A stretch of DNA of 64,000 nt from Azolla caroliniana (Eukaryota; Plantae; Polypodiophyta). Where the stretch lies: contig JBHGNT010000009.1 in NCBI GenBank assembly GCA_043228905.1, positions 22,361,380-22,425,379 on the forward strand. The letters run 5' to 3'. The stretch's first letter is position 1. Every line of letters begins with the position of its first letter. The notes below the pieces were generated by a model, which was not told where the DNA came from, did not search any database, and saw only the letters and a program-made list of their open reading frames with translations. Made by a program: the position numbers and the translations under genes. Below, one piece after another: positions 1 to 13,769 of the stretch.

Positions 1-3000
1 TTATATAATGTTTTAAGCATCTTGATTGGTATGATTGTTGAAGCATGTATATCTATTAGACTTAATATTATCCCTAGATCCACAACTGTTCTTTATGTTC
101 GATAAAGGGCACTCTTTGGAGAGAGGAAATAGTTATCCTTACGAACGAAGGAAGATAACGATGCATTGTTCAAACATCTTCTTGTTGATTTAGGATATAG
201 GGCATTACCATGAGCTTAAATATGCATGTTGTTTTTATCGATGTATAAAACCTACATGTTTATTTACATGGTTCCATACTTGTAAATATGTCAAAAATTC
301 CAAGATCTTGAATCTTTGTTGTGTCATCACAAGATTTCTGATCTTACGGACGAATTCAAACCACACATTATGCATTGTAAATTGGCTTCTCTTCTTGTAA
401 ATCATTGATACTTCCACATGGTCAGATAAGGATATACATTCTCGTCTAGTAGTTAGTCATCTCATCCTTTTCACCCAACTGTAGTCATAAGTGAAAATGT
501 GTTTGAGTGAAAATGGTTTCCGTAACTCTTTTAATGCATCAATTGAGCAAAATGGCACATTCCCAATCTCTTTGAATCAATCAAACCATGTTAAAAAGTT
601 TGAATCAATAAAATACAACACACATTGTGATTCACACATTTTGTGGAGAAAGAATGTGAGCAATGAACACCAATAAAACGTACCTGGTACTACACACATA
701 GTGATTGAGTGACTAACCATCAAGCACACTTGAATGAACAGGTACGTATTAAAACAAGTGTATTTATGTTGTGTTGGTTTCTCCCAAATTAATGTTGTTA
801 TTCAAGAGGAAGTGAGATCGAGAGTGGGGAGGGGAGAGAGAGACTTCTTGCCTTTAGCATATGCTCTATCATATGTTTTGCCCTCTAGAAAAGCTTTATT
901 CATGAAGACATTCCATTGCAATATGTTGAAACATGAGCTAAACACAAGTGACTAGTGATTTCGACCCAAATAAAAAAGATTGATAACATGTGGCCCTTTT
1001 TTGCTTACCCCTAACAAAGCAAGAAAAAGCAATTGTAAGTCTATATATTATGCGTTCAATACCAAAAACCAAATTCGAAAATCATTGGCACGTGAAGTTT
1101 TCGGGAATGATTCATCTGTTGATTTAAAATCTTTTTTGGTTTTAAAATTGCTAATATTGACCCCACCAATTGTCGTTGGGGTGGGTGGGGGTCACTCACA
1201 GAAATGTAACAATAGCACATGAATTCAACATCAATGGCTTTTTTTAAACCTTCTCTTACGCTTTAGTAGGAAAAGGGTGCAAACGAATCAAAATAGCAAG
1301 GCTGTTTTAAATAGTCATTGAAAGTATGGGATACAGATGAATAGAGTGACACTTGGCCCCTCAAGCATGTCGAAACATTTAAAACAATGTTTTCAATTAG
1401 AATCCACATGATATAATGTGGAGCCCTTATGAGGGAATATTGGCCTAGAAGAATGAAGCATAATCCTTGGCTAATCGATATTAGAAACATAAATGGTTAA
1501 TTGGCTTTCATATATCAAGGCACCCAACAATACTTCAAAATGCATTCTAAGTATACTTCAAAATGCATTCTATTGTTGTTGATAATGCTTGTGTATGCAC
1601 CTGCCCTAGTATATGCATCAAGGTACGATTTAAGCATGTGGCGCATATCCTCTTTAATGACCTGAGCTCAAACCCATGCTCCCGTCCTATGCACAAGATA
1701 TTTATATTTAAATAATTAAAAATCGTCGTAAAATCATATGACACATCCTAACTTAAATACAAACTTAGTGTTAGGTTATCTTCACTGACATTGTCAAGGT
1801 TCCTTACAATGCATGGAAGTTCCTCTACCAAATTGATGTATGACACCACACAAGCAAAAAAAATACAACCTCTGTTCAGATGCTAGTGGAAGTTAAACTA
1901 TGTTTGCAGAGGTACATGTGAATTATATGACCATCCCTAGTTTTTTTTTTTTTGAGAATGCTCAAAAGTTATTTTAATTAAGGTTTTGAGTACAATTCCA
2001 AAAATATTGACAAACAAGGAACATGAGAAATGGAGGATTTCCCTTTGTTAGATATGCATGTGTTTAGATTCCGATCTCAAACATCATTTTAAAGCATGCC
2101 ACAAATATCAAGTGGAATTTTGTTTATAGAATATAATATATGAAAATGTGCCCAACAAAGGCCATGTAGCAATATGCTCAAGGAAAAGTTAACTTCAAAT
2201 TTCCATCATTTGGTAGTTTCAAAGTAGTTCCCATTGATTTCATGAACATGAAGATCTTGCTTGGAATGTCTTGAAGTTCCCTAGACATTTCTAGAATGTT
2301 CTAGAATGTCCGAACCTCCTTTGGCATGATATACTTTCTATAAGCTTCAACCTATGTGGCCATTGACATACTAGAAGCAAGTAACTTGTTCTAATTTCTT
2401 GCTCGAAGCTTTAAAACTTTAATATGCATGAAGATTGACCTTGTAGAGTCATGTAAAATCCTTTCTACATTTGACTCTCCAAAAGGTCCTCACATGCTCA
2501 TGCTCAAGACTAGGGCATTATGACAATGAGACTCACAAAAGTTCCTTGCAAAGCCCAATAAGATGGTCGTGTGAGGTAAATCTTAGTTACAAGTCTTATC
2601 TTATAAGACAATCTATATTGAGTCTCCCAATATCTTCAATAATGTGTTGTTGAATCCATTATCGCTCTTCTAGCACCTTAAAGCAATGTTGTGAAAAATA
2701 TGTCCATCACATCACAACAACTTGTGAGGGGGTTAAGAACTAGAGAGTTGGCTTTAGTTCCTTCTCCATCGTGAATTCTCAACCCTAGTACCTTGCAAGC
2801 CATGATATCATTTCCTCTATAGCATTGCAGCTAAATGCTCCAAATATGAGCCACGAGGACATTGATCATCTAAAAATGACAACATTTTGCACATTGAGGC
2901 TTAGTGATAATAACCTTTGATGAGGAGATCCCAAAAAGTTCAATTTTTTGATAATTATAGATGAAGGAGCTTTGCTATGTGGAAAGTAAACAAGAAATTA

Positions 3001-3409
3001 AGTGCATAACACAATGTGAAACAATGCCTCGACATATTGATGAATTAGGAATATGATGGAGATTCAAACCGAAAGAGAATAGTAGTAAATTGAAAACAAT
3101 AAGCATTGAATACTTGGTTCATTTCAACTATCTACTTAAAACGAACACGACAACTTTTCCAAAATTTAATTTGACGGTAACGCTTTAGGTAAGTTTAGCA
3201 CGTGTGTTCTCTTATATGTACGGTAGGATTTAATTTGAAGATAAAGCTTGAAGGGGGCACACCACCTGCAAATAGATGAGTTTGGCACTTGTGTTTGACA
3301 AAAGGATATGTACCACTTATAAATTTGCACTATCTTTTTACATACACAATGGTATCATTTGAATGGGATATTCATGTATCAAATGGACAAAGGATGTGTT
3401 GTTGTATTG

Positions 3410-4140
3410 AATAAAGAAAGACAAAGTTGACAGACTTTTTAAAATGGGCATGGAAGTGCATGGTAATAAATAGGTAGGACGTATATAGTGTAGTGTTATC
3501 GCTCATATAGAGAAGAGGTCAAGAGTTGTATCAATTTTACCACTTGGACGATGACTATACACTCTAAATCTATATGTTACCAATCTTTGATGCCGACATT
3601 TTTTACAAAGATAACGACATTTTAAAATGGGCCTGGAATCACATGGCAATTAATAGACAAGGCATAAATAGTATATGTGACCACCCAGATAGAGAGGTTG
3701 ACAACCCTTGGATCAACTTTGACACTCAAGATGACAATTCACGATCCATATATTACCAATTGTAGATGTCAATGTTTCTTTTACAAATGTAAAGACATTT
3801 TAAGATGGGTATAAAAGCACTTGGTAACTAATAGAAGAAGCATAGTGTAGTGTGACCATCCTAGTGAAGATGTTGGGAGCTTTGTAGCAACTTTATCACT
3901 CATGATGAGAAATATGCATTCTAGGTCCATATTTTACCAATTTTTAGATGTCAATAATTGTCTTCTCTACAAAGATAATCACTTTTAAAAGTGGTCTTAG
4001 AAGCATGTGATAATTAACAAACATGTCATATATAATGCGACCACCTAGGAAGAGAAGTCAAGAGCTCTCCTCTCAACTTTATCACTAGGGATGACTGCAT
4101 ACTCTAGATCCATGGTTTACAAGTTCTAGATGTCAATATA
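3410..4140. repeat. Degenerate tandem repeat, ~180-bp unit, about 4 copies
   Basis: Motif ttttaaaatggg...catggtaa.taatag recurs at ~3441, 3624, 3802 and 3987 (periods 183, 178, 185). Confidence 0.7.
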
Positions 4141-4599
4141 GATGTATTTGTAGACTACAAATATGCTAGGCTATACATGGTCTATGGCATCATATTAAAA
4201 ATCTTCCCATGTAAGTAGTGAGGGTCATCTAAATGGGCATAATTGAATGTATTTTCATTGAAAAGGAATGTTTTATGGTACTTACACACAATAATCAACA
4301 TTGAAAGATCATTTGCAAGAACTCTCCATGAGACTAGTATCTTTTCTTCATGTGGAAGATCACTAGTTCATTTTTTATTTGACCCTTTTGAAGACCAAAT
4401 CCATCATATGATAAGCTCCTCCATGGATCTACCCACATACATACTCATGAGAAAATGAGTAATATATATTGATATTCTTAAGGTAAATAATGACATATTT
4501 TACATAAACAAACGATTTGTTGTAATATCGTATTGATATTTATGATTTGAGATGTTGGACACAATGCCAAGTGTATACAAGAAACATTCTTTTATTTGT

Positions 4600-6420
4600 A
4601 GGAATTACATGTACCTTTTATTGTATTTTTGTGGGAACTACCCATTATATGGTGGCAATGTTCAATGCCCAGTAGACTTTACTATGAAAGGGATACCTTC
4701 GGTTCTCCTCTTGTAGCATTCTAATCTAATTAATTGAGAGAATCATATTTTTTAAATTAAGAAACTCGTACTTCTCTATTAAATTAAGACATCTATATAT
4801 CTTAATTATTGTAGTCATTCAAACACAAATAATCAAACTGCCATATGAATATTGTCATTGATCCGGTCTTGCTTGTAATAACGATCTTTCTAAAGCTCAA
4901 CAAGAGATTCCACTATTATGCCGAGATCTAGAAAGTGATCAATATGGGGCACATCATCATTAACATAATTGAAAACTTGACATATCCTTCATAGAATTGG
5001 CATAAAACATCCTATGTTCACCAATTGTTTGCAGAAAGAAGTAGAAGACTAAAATGTATTGATATACTCTTCTTGAAGAAGCCCTTGAGATAATCGAGCT
5101 CATGCATTTGCTCCTAGCAAGTGCAAAAGCAATCGAAGAAAATAACCTCAGACTAGTTGAAGAAATGGTATTAGAAATTCACCAAATTCTCACATACACT
5201 CACACATAATAAAGCTCTAGCAAAAGTCGCTTTACATTTTGTCAAATCTCTTGCAAGACATGTTTACATATCATGCCATAGTGTTAACTTACTATCATTT
5301 CCATGAGACTTGATCACATCTCAAATCTGCCCATTACACAACAAATCAAGACATTTCCATTCTACAGGCATTTGAGGGTGAGAAATGTGTATATATCTTA
5401 CATTTCAGCTTGATGCAATCATCCCAATGATAATTTCTTATACAAGCATTGCTCTGCAACCAAGTGGTCCACACACGAAATATAAGATAAAAATGCAGGG
5501 AAACAATGGAAGTCTGGTTTGAAGGCCGTGCTTCTTGGCTCAAAATCTCTTAGAAAGGCAACACTGCTCATTAACATTCTTATGCTCAAAGAAGAAAGAC
5601 TGAATTAAGATGGCTACAATGTTGAACACAATTGGTTGCCTTCGCACCATTGAAGGGAGCAGGGAGCCATGGTTCACAATAGACATGAGATTTTCCTGTC
5701 CCTAACTAATATCCTTAAATTGTGAAGCCGAGACTTTGAAGACAATCATCCATAATGAAGTAATTCTTCTTGAGTCTGATTATTGCATGACAATGATCAA
5801 ACATTTTTCTTGGAGAGAATTGAGATATTGAGAGAAGATCAGAATCCAGAAGGGAAATATGAGAAATACAGTAGTGCAAGATGGAACCACATCTTCAAAT
5901 GAGTTACAAACTCATCTGACACTAGTGCAAGATGTGGATGCTATTACTCTAAATCCATACCACTATTGGATCCAAGTTTTGAACCTCATCTAGAAGCCCT
6001 TCAAATGTCAAAAGCATGGGAGTTCATCCACCCAGAAAGTGTCCTCCACTGGAGCAGAAATGTCCAGAGACTCAGTCATTGGGGATAATCTTGTCTACAA
6101 GAGTCCTTAGAGACACTCTGTTAAACTCAAAGTAAAAAACATTCAACCTCATTGGGATGCAATAATGTCGGTACATTACCCTATATGGGTGTACAGAAAG
6201 AATACAACCTATTAATGGATCGAAGACATTGAGACATCATATCTTACACATGTTTATCCTACACCAAGGTTGCGACATACATTCCTAGATGTGGTCAATC
6301 AATCAAATCTGAGTTCTACACCTTAGCCCAATTCATTTGTAAGCATCCATCGAGAAAGTAAAGTTCCCCGTTCCCATCAGAGAAGGGATATCCTGGAAAT
6401 ACACCTGCTTGTAAATCAAC
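4600..6420 (+). mobile_element. Highly degenerate retroelement-like relic (possibly LTR pol/integrase)
   Basis: No intact ORF. CpG-depleted, coding-like composition with only faint integrase-like traces; family not resolvable by eye. Confidence 0.25.
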
Positions 6421-6736
6421 TAGAAGATTGGTAGTTATTTGAGAAAATGCTACAAAGGAAAACAAGACCTAAATTCAGCATCTCTACGCATAGAGAAAAT
6501 ACCACTCTACATTACTGTACAAAATGGAATGGAGCATGTAAGACCTCCTTACAATATGGTTCCATGGATTCATCACTCCCTGAAACCTTGTTTATTTAGC
6601 AGCACAATTTTTACACGCTCGGCCAATCAGATGGAATGGCAAGAGTTATTTGCATGTCTCCTGTTTTCTTCATACAACAATGTGTAATTGCAGCTTTTCT
6701 ATTGATCATAAGCCTGGTCTAGAAATGTCCTCTGGT

Positions 6737-9700
6737 TTACACTGTCAGGAGCTCCTGAAAAGAAATAGAAACATACTTGAAATATGCCCTCTAACAAGCA
6801 AAAATTAGATAGTGTTATGGTTACAAAATTAGGTGCTTTGTGGAGAATATCATCAGTTCCAATGCACAAAGATCAAGGATATTTATCGTGCATATCAATG
6901 TACCATATCAACTCAGTTAAATTTTGACATTGTTGTCTATTCCTCAAAAAAACATATGTGCAATTTCTGAGAACTAAAATGTACATTTGTTCGAATGAAG
7001 GAGAGATTCATTTAAATCAAAAAAATACTCAAGCAAACGTAATAAACTTACCTTTTCTTTTTGCTTGAACATAACATCTATTTTCTTTGTGTAATCATCC
7101 GTTAGTTTCTGTGAACAATTCAGTAGGGATATCAGATATTCCCCCTGCCATGGAACCACAAAATAACAGTAATTTACCTGCATTGAATCAGACAGGTCCT
7201 TCACATTATCCATAGAAAGCTTTTTTTCCTGCATAGCATTCAATCACCATGTACATTGTAAAGACACAAGAAAATAGAAATAAAAAAGAGAAACATAGAG
7301 ACTATAGTCTTCTGCACTCAATACTTAGAATACATAGTCCATAAAATCAACGAATGATCTATAAGAAAACAGCACACTTATGATTTGTTGTAGCAAGCGC
7401 AAAAGTGCTCAACCAATGGGACAGAAAAATTCAGCTTAAATAATTTCATAAGTAGCCTTACATATTATCATGAAAGAACATTCTATGGACTATGTACCAT
7501 CACTTTCTTATCTATTGCAAACTAGAAATGGATATCTTCACAATTTGTCGGAAATATTCAACAAGTAGTACCCATGACAAAATCTAACACAAAACTTTCA
7601 TGTCTAAATCGATTCTATGAGTCTTCCAGTTGGACATTTCAAAACCTTCCACAGACTAGCAGGATGCTTTCATGGATATTGAGGAGCAATTATGAATTGA
7701 TCAGCAATAGGATACAGTAGATGACATACCTTCTCTAGTTTTTCATAAGATTTTATGGCATCTCGTCGAATATTTCGAATAGCAATCTAAAAAAGAAAAT
7801 ATTTAAATAATTGGTTTTCTAACATAATGAAAAATTATTTTTATTACAAAAATAAACAATTTATATTACTATCTTAGAAAGTAGCACAAACAGCAATTCA
7901 CTCACCTTGCCCTCTTCTGAGAGTTTTGATACCATTTTCAAAAGTTCCTACAAACAAGAAAACCAATTCTGTTGTAGCAATTGTTTTACAAACTAGAAAT
8001 ATTTTCTCTCAGAAAACTACATATTCTTTGAAGTTTTCCAATGGGAAACTTGAACGAAAGAAAATAGAAATTATATTAATGTCTCATAGAGACCGAAAAA
8101 GCACATCATCCTAGTGACATGTACATGAGAAATGTTTCAGAAAGATTTCTCAGAGTTATTAAAATTGGCAATTAGCAGGGCCCTGAGGAATTAGAGAAAT
8201 CTTAAGACAGAAACACAGCAACTTTTTTATCAATAATCATAATATTTCAATCAAACAGACATTCAGTGCCTCGAGAAAATAGAACTGTATCATTTGAATA
8301 AATGTCTTAACTTTACCTTTCTTCTATCAGAAGTCAGAGGAGGAATGAATAGACGAATAGCATTCCCATCATTGCTTGGTGTCAATCCAATGTCAGATTT
8401 TGAGATAGCTTTCTCGATGGAATTTAGACTAAATTATAGACCAACAAAAAGGGTACTATTCAGCACCATGATTTCAATTCTGCGATTTAATAATAATAAT
8501 GAGTGATTAAAACAGCAGAAATCACCTTGATTTATCAAATGGTTGTATAAGTAGTGAACTTCCATCTGGAGTGCTTACTTGAGCAATGCTTTTGAGTGAA
8601 ACCGGAGTGCCATAGTACTCCACCTACATGTCAATGACAAAAATCTGTTATTAAATTCGTTCAGTATGTTTTGTGGAATCTTCATAATGAAACCAAAAAA
8701 TGGTTCAACCTCTGACGATCCAGTTAATATATATTCAATGGTCGAGATTGATTTATGTCATCCCTTTGAAAGCTACAGCTTACAAAAATTTCATGTCTTC
8801 CTAAATGAATATATTACCGTCTCAATCACACAGAAACAGAAGTTATTCATAATTCTGCAGCAAGGACCTTGGTCTTGTTAGAGAATCATCTCTTGTGCTT
8901 CTCAAGTAAGACCAATCTCTTTATTGCTAATGAACCATTACACACAAGAAAACCAAAATAGCCTTGTATTTAGAATCTGTAATCATATTTAGACTGTAAC
9001 GATATCACATTAATAGTAGATGCAGTCTACTGCATGTAGATGCTGTTTTATTATAACAAGCCCTGCCCTTTTTTTAAACAGACTCGGTATATCTTCAGGA
9101 TGTGCACAGTGCAATGAATGCATCTAAATGTATTTGTGTATATAAAACTTTGTTTCGTAAAATGTACATTGAATAACTGGAAAACTCAAAATTTTAATGG
9201 AAAAATATGTATACAAAGCGCTGTTCCTACCTCAACTCTATCCAATAAAGATGGTGAAGCCCTTCCAGTTCGAATAGTGTTAAAGTTCCCCTTCACAGAC
9301 TCTAAAGTCTTCTCCATTCTCTCTAACTACATGACAGTATCATCAGAGTTAATGTGTATAAATACCGTGAAATAGAAAGGTGATGCAAATCCAATGTTAA
9401 AAAACTAAAACTCGATTTTAGCATAATTTCACTGGCATTATCCAAAAACAACCTTTTAAATACTGAAATTGAAGCCGATCAATCTAATTGCACTTGCATT
9501 GATCATTTTTTATCAATAATTTTACAGTGGAGTTCGATTAGAAATGCGCAGAATAACTCATCCCATATTCATGGCTAGTGCTGCCAGAACCTCTTTTAAT
9601 AGATACCCACAAGAATTTCAGGAAAATATCTCCAGCCATATTCATGTATCATGGATAGTTAGCTATAGCTCTTCTAACAAAATATCCAAAACGAAAAATT

Positions 9701-10151
9701 CAAAAGCATTAGAAAAACAGAAAGAAAACCTACTGCATCTTCTTCTATGAGCTCCTTCTCAGCTTCAACATCTTCAGTGGTTGCACCTCTACAAAAGAAG
9801 ATTAGAAAAGCACACTAGCATCATCATCTTTACTCATCGGCCATTATATCAAAAAGACTGACCGCTATTACAACTTTTCCTGTACCTGATGAGCAGATTA
9901 CGCTTCAAAGTGCTAGAAACAGGAGGTTTCTTCTGGCAGGTCCCACATCGAAGCTTCGGGTGAAGGCTTGGGAATCCGTGGAGGAGACAAGGAAGATGAT
10001 GGGACATGAACAGGTGGGAGGCAGAAGCGGAGGAAACCAGGGGCTGCTTCTGATTCCTGGGCTCCCATCCATAGTGCTGCTGTACGGCCAGAGCATGGGG
10101 GGCGGTACGGAGAGTGGCATTATCACAGAGCATGGCCATCGCTTCCACCAT
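6737..10151 (-). CDS. RRF: Ribosome recycling factor, chloroplastic (10 exons)
   Basis: Exons 10151-9886, 9788-9734, 9326-9231, 8623-8526, 8428-8317, 7947-7906, 7786-7730, 7228-7178, 7108-7052, 6754-6737, all GT-AG and in phase. Protein has a transit-peptide-like N-terminus, then ...[50 protein letters not shown]...[10 protein letters not shown]...KQKEKELLTV*. Confidence 0.95.
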
Positions 10152-11653
10152 AGCCACACAGGAACAGAGTCTCTCTCTCTCTCTCTCTCTCTCTCCAAGT
10201 GATGGATGGATGGGTCATGGGTTCAAATCCTTTTTTGGCCACTTATCATTTGGCTAAGGTTCGGTTCGGCTCGGCTCGGTTTGGTTCGGTTCAAGAGTCA
10301 AGTCAGTACCACACCGCCTCATCTCCCGTGTGTATGTATGTCATTCTATGTGCACAGGTACATGTCATCCCGTGGATCCAGAAGAAGACGCCACACCACG
10401 AGTTGATCCAATCGGACTCTTCTCGGAGCAGATCTCCCTGTTGTGACAAGGATAAGTCGGGGACATGTGGCGTAAGCACATAGTGTATGGTGCCCTATGC
10501 ACATCCCTGGGGGTTCACATCTTCTACCTCCTTTCCTGCGTCCTTTGCCTCCTCCGTAAGAATAATCAACCATATTCATAAGAACATCTCAAACAATGGG
10601 GTGTCTGCCTAACCACCTTCACACTTTTGTAACGTTAGCATGTGTAATGTTCAGATTAAACATGGCCCTTTCAGTATGTGATTCGAGACCTATGATGACC
10701 CCAAGTCACTCTCAACAAACATTTCCCCATGTGTCATGGATACTATTTTTTCCCCCTCATGTTTACATGCAATTTTTCATAGCACATATGACAGCCCAAT
10801 CAATCACAAAATGTGCTCATAACATGAGTTTGACATTTGATCTGTGTAAGACACTAGATATCGTGAAGACCTTGGCTCCCGATTTGTTCAAGATAATCAA
10901 GGAAAAGATGTCTTTGTGAGAGGAAGTTGATTTTGAACCTAGAACATTGTGTTGTTGATTGGTATTTGATGGCTTGAGATTGAAGCTCAAAGAAGATAGA
11001 ATCAGAATACCTCATGAAGAATTTGTTACCTTTTAAGAAACGATCGGAGCTTGCTACAAGGTGTGCTCGACAATAAGTTTCCACGGCTTCTCCTCTTTCA
11101 AAGTCTAAGCATGAAATAAGATTCTACCATCCTACAAAGCCGAAGAGTTGAGGATGTGTAACTTTATGGAGTTAACTACATACAAATGACAATGAACTAG
11201 ATAATATAGTTCTATTTAGCAAAATATGTTGAAGTAATAGATTGTGTGTGGGTGAGAGAGAAAGAAGGCAAGGTTAATGTTTTTGAAGACCAAAATTGAC
11301 TCATGAGACAAATGATACAATAACAATGTGTCGGGTAACTCACGTTCCCTTATCTTCTTAATGTCTATTGAACAACAATGAGTGACTTTGAAACTTGATA
11401 TCACAGAAGAGTTAAAGTAGGATTGGGGATTATTTTACACTTATAAAGCTAAAAATGACTATGTAACCAACATTTGATACAAAGAAGAGGAGGGTGTGGT
11501 TATATAGACACATGTGTGAGCACACATAGAATGTATGATCAATCTATTAAAGCATGGGGGAGATTGCCGGATATCTAAACTATTTACGTTATCAATGCCA
11601 AGGCATCTCTTATTCCTTAAGTGAGTGGTGAACCGAGAGCCTAGAGTCCACAC

Positions 11654-11825
11654 ACAAGTGTGATGTTGTGTGTGGTTGAGCTTGATAACTCATCTCACCC
11701 TATGTGTTTCAACGTAGACCAACATTCTTCTTCTTGCAGACAAGTGTGATGTTGTGTGTGGTTGAGCTTGATAACTCATCTCACCCTATGTGTTTCAACG
11801 GAGACCAACATTCTTCTTCTTGCAG
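11654..11825. repeat. Direct tandem duplication 2 x 86 bp
   Basis: acaagtgtgatgttgtgtgtgg...ttcttgcag at 11654 and 11740, with one mismatch. Confidence 0.9.
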
Positions 11826-11959
11826 CTTCGACGCGTGGACATATAGATGGATCGAGCTCCGCTCGCAATGGAGTGTGCAGTGTAGGTATGTGGTATTAAT
11901 TGATGACAAAGGAGATGAGACCCTCCTCCCTCTATAAAGACAAGCGACTCTCTAAGAGT

Positions 11960-12506
11960 TGGAAATCGGCAATGGCTCTACTCAACTTGAACCGAGCCGG
12001 TAAATCGTTTGTTAAGCAGTTTGGCGGTTTAGTTCAGCTCGGTTCAAGCTTCGGCCTCCTTAACCGGTTTGAGCTCATAAGTTTGGCAAGGCTCAAGGCA
12101 AACATAATTGTTTAAGGCCAAACCGGTTATTAAACTGGTACCGATGGCCTGGTTTGGTTTCTTTGCCTTGAAACCAAACTGAACTAAACCAAACCATTTA
12201 TATAAAACAAAACCAAACCAAACCGTTTATGAACTTTCAAGCCATTAAACCAAACCATCTAAGAAAAGGTACACCAAACTATAGGGATCGGCAACGGTTC
12301 GGTTTAGGCTTAGCCGGTTTGGCCTAATCTAAGCCAAACTGGCTAAGCCTAAACCGTTTACGGGATCTCAAACCTGAGCCGAGCTGAGCCGAACCGGTTC
12401 ACAAACCGATTTGTGAACCGATTTGGTAAATGGCTTGGAAACCAAATTTGGCCTTAGAAGACGTTAATATATCTTTCTTTCTTTCTTCTTTCTCTCCTCT
12501 ATGTAG

Positions 12507-12546
<40 letters not shown>

Positions 12547-13422
12547 TATATGTTGTCTCCCTCCCTCTCTCTCTCTCTCCTCGTCTGTGTAGTTCTCCCT
12601 ACCTCCCTCTCTCTCTCTCAGATGATCCACTATATACTATATACTATATAGTATACATTGTACAAGCTCTCCCTCCCACTCTCTCTCACGTATGTGGTCT
12701 TGACTCTCTCCCCCCTCTGTGTAGTCTCTCTCTCTCTCTCTCTCTCTCTCCTTATATGTTGTCTCCCTCCCTCTCTCTCTCTCCTCGTCTGTGTAGTTCT
12801 CCCTCACTCACACACTCTCTCTCCCATCGTCTGTTTAGTCTCCCTCACTCTCACTCTCTCTCTCTCTTTCCCCTTGTCTGTTGTCTCTCTCCCCCTCTCT
12901 CTAAAGTTGATAAACGGTTTAGTCAGCTTGAGCCGATTTGGCGGGGCTCAAGCCAAGCTGAGCCAAGCTCAAACCGTTAAGGCAAGTTCAAGCCTAAACC
13001 AAGCCGCTAAGCCGTTTTCAAGCTGGCTAAGCCAAATGGTTTAGGCTTGAGCCGAGTTGTTGCCGATCCTTACCAAACTATTTAAACCAAAACCGTTTAG
13101 GGAAAAGTTGAAACTAAACCGAACCGTTTATTAATAATTAAAACCAAACCAAACCAATTAACCATTTTGGAACTTATAAACCTTTAAATCATGGCTTAAC
13201 GGTTCGGTTCGGTTCTAGCCGAAACCAGGCCCATTGCTATGAACTTGTTAAGCCTTAACCGGTTATTGAATTGGTTAAGCCTTAACTGGTTACTGAACTG
13301 GTTAAGGCTTAACCGGTTACTGAACTGGTTAAGCCTTAATTGGTTACTGAATTGGTTAAGCCTTAACCGGTTTGGTTTGGACAAGGCCAAAACGGTTTAG
13401 TCAAAACCATCGTTGATTCCTA
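11960..13422. mobile_element. Older hAT-like MITE (outer element of nested pair)
   Basis: Degenerate TIRs TGGAAATCGGCAATGG / CCATCGTTGATTCCTA (11/16), dense AAACC/GGTTT subterminal motifs, degenerate 8-bp flanks CTAAGAGT / CTTGGAGC. Confidence 0.55.
12282..13072. mobile_element. Non-autonomous hAT-like MITE nested in the outer element
   Basis: Perfect 8-bp TSD CCAAACTA (12274-12281 and 13073-13080); TIRs TAGGGATCGGCAAC / GTTGCCGATCCTTA (13/14); (CT)n-rich interior. Confidence 0.9.
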
Positions 13423-13769
13423 CTTGGAGCTTCACAGAAGCGAAGAAGAAAGAAGAAGAAGAAGGCAAAAAAAGACCCTCTCAGATAAACTTAGAAGAAT
13501 AAGATAAAAAAACCCTAGAAAACTAAGCTACCCTAAAACACACACACTAAATGTAGCAACTCCCCAACGGCTCTTTTTTAAATCTTCTTCTTCTTCTTCT
13601 TCTTTCTTCTACCCTGCTCTGTTCTCCTGCTTCTTGTACCCTCCTCTGTTCCCCTTCTCCTCTGTTCTCCTCTTTTTGTTTGGTCTTCTTCTTCTTCTTC
13701 TTCTTCTTCTTCTTCTTCTTCTTCTTCTTCATCTTCCGTGTCCTCTGTTTTGAGTCTTGTTGTGCAGGT

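Noticed and set aside
12430-13044. SLSLSL ORFs (also 54251-54554, 34761-35039)
   Set aside because: (CT)/(GA) microsatellite artefacts within a MITE, an LTR or a UTR.
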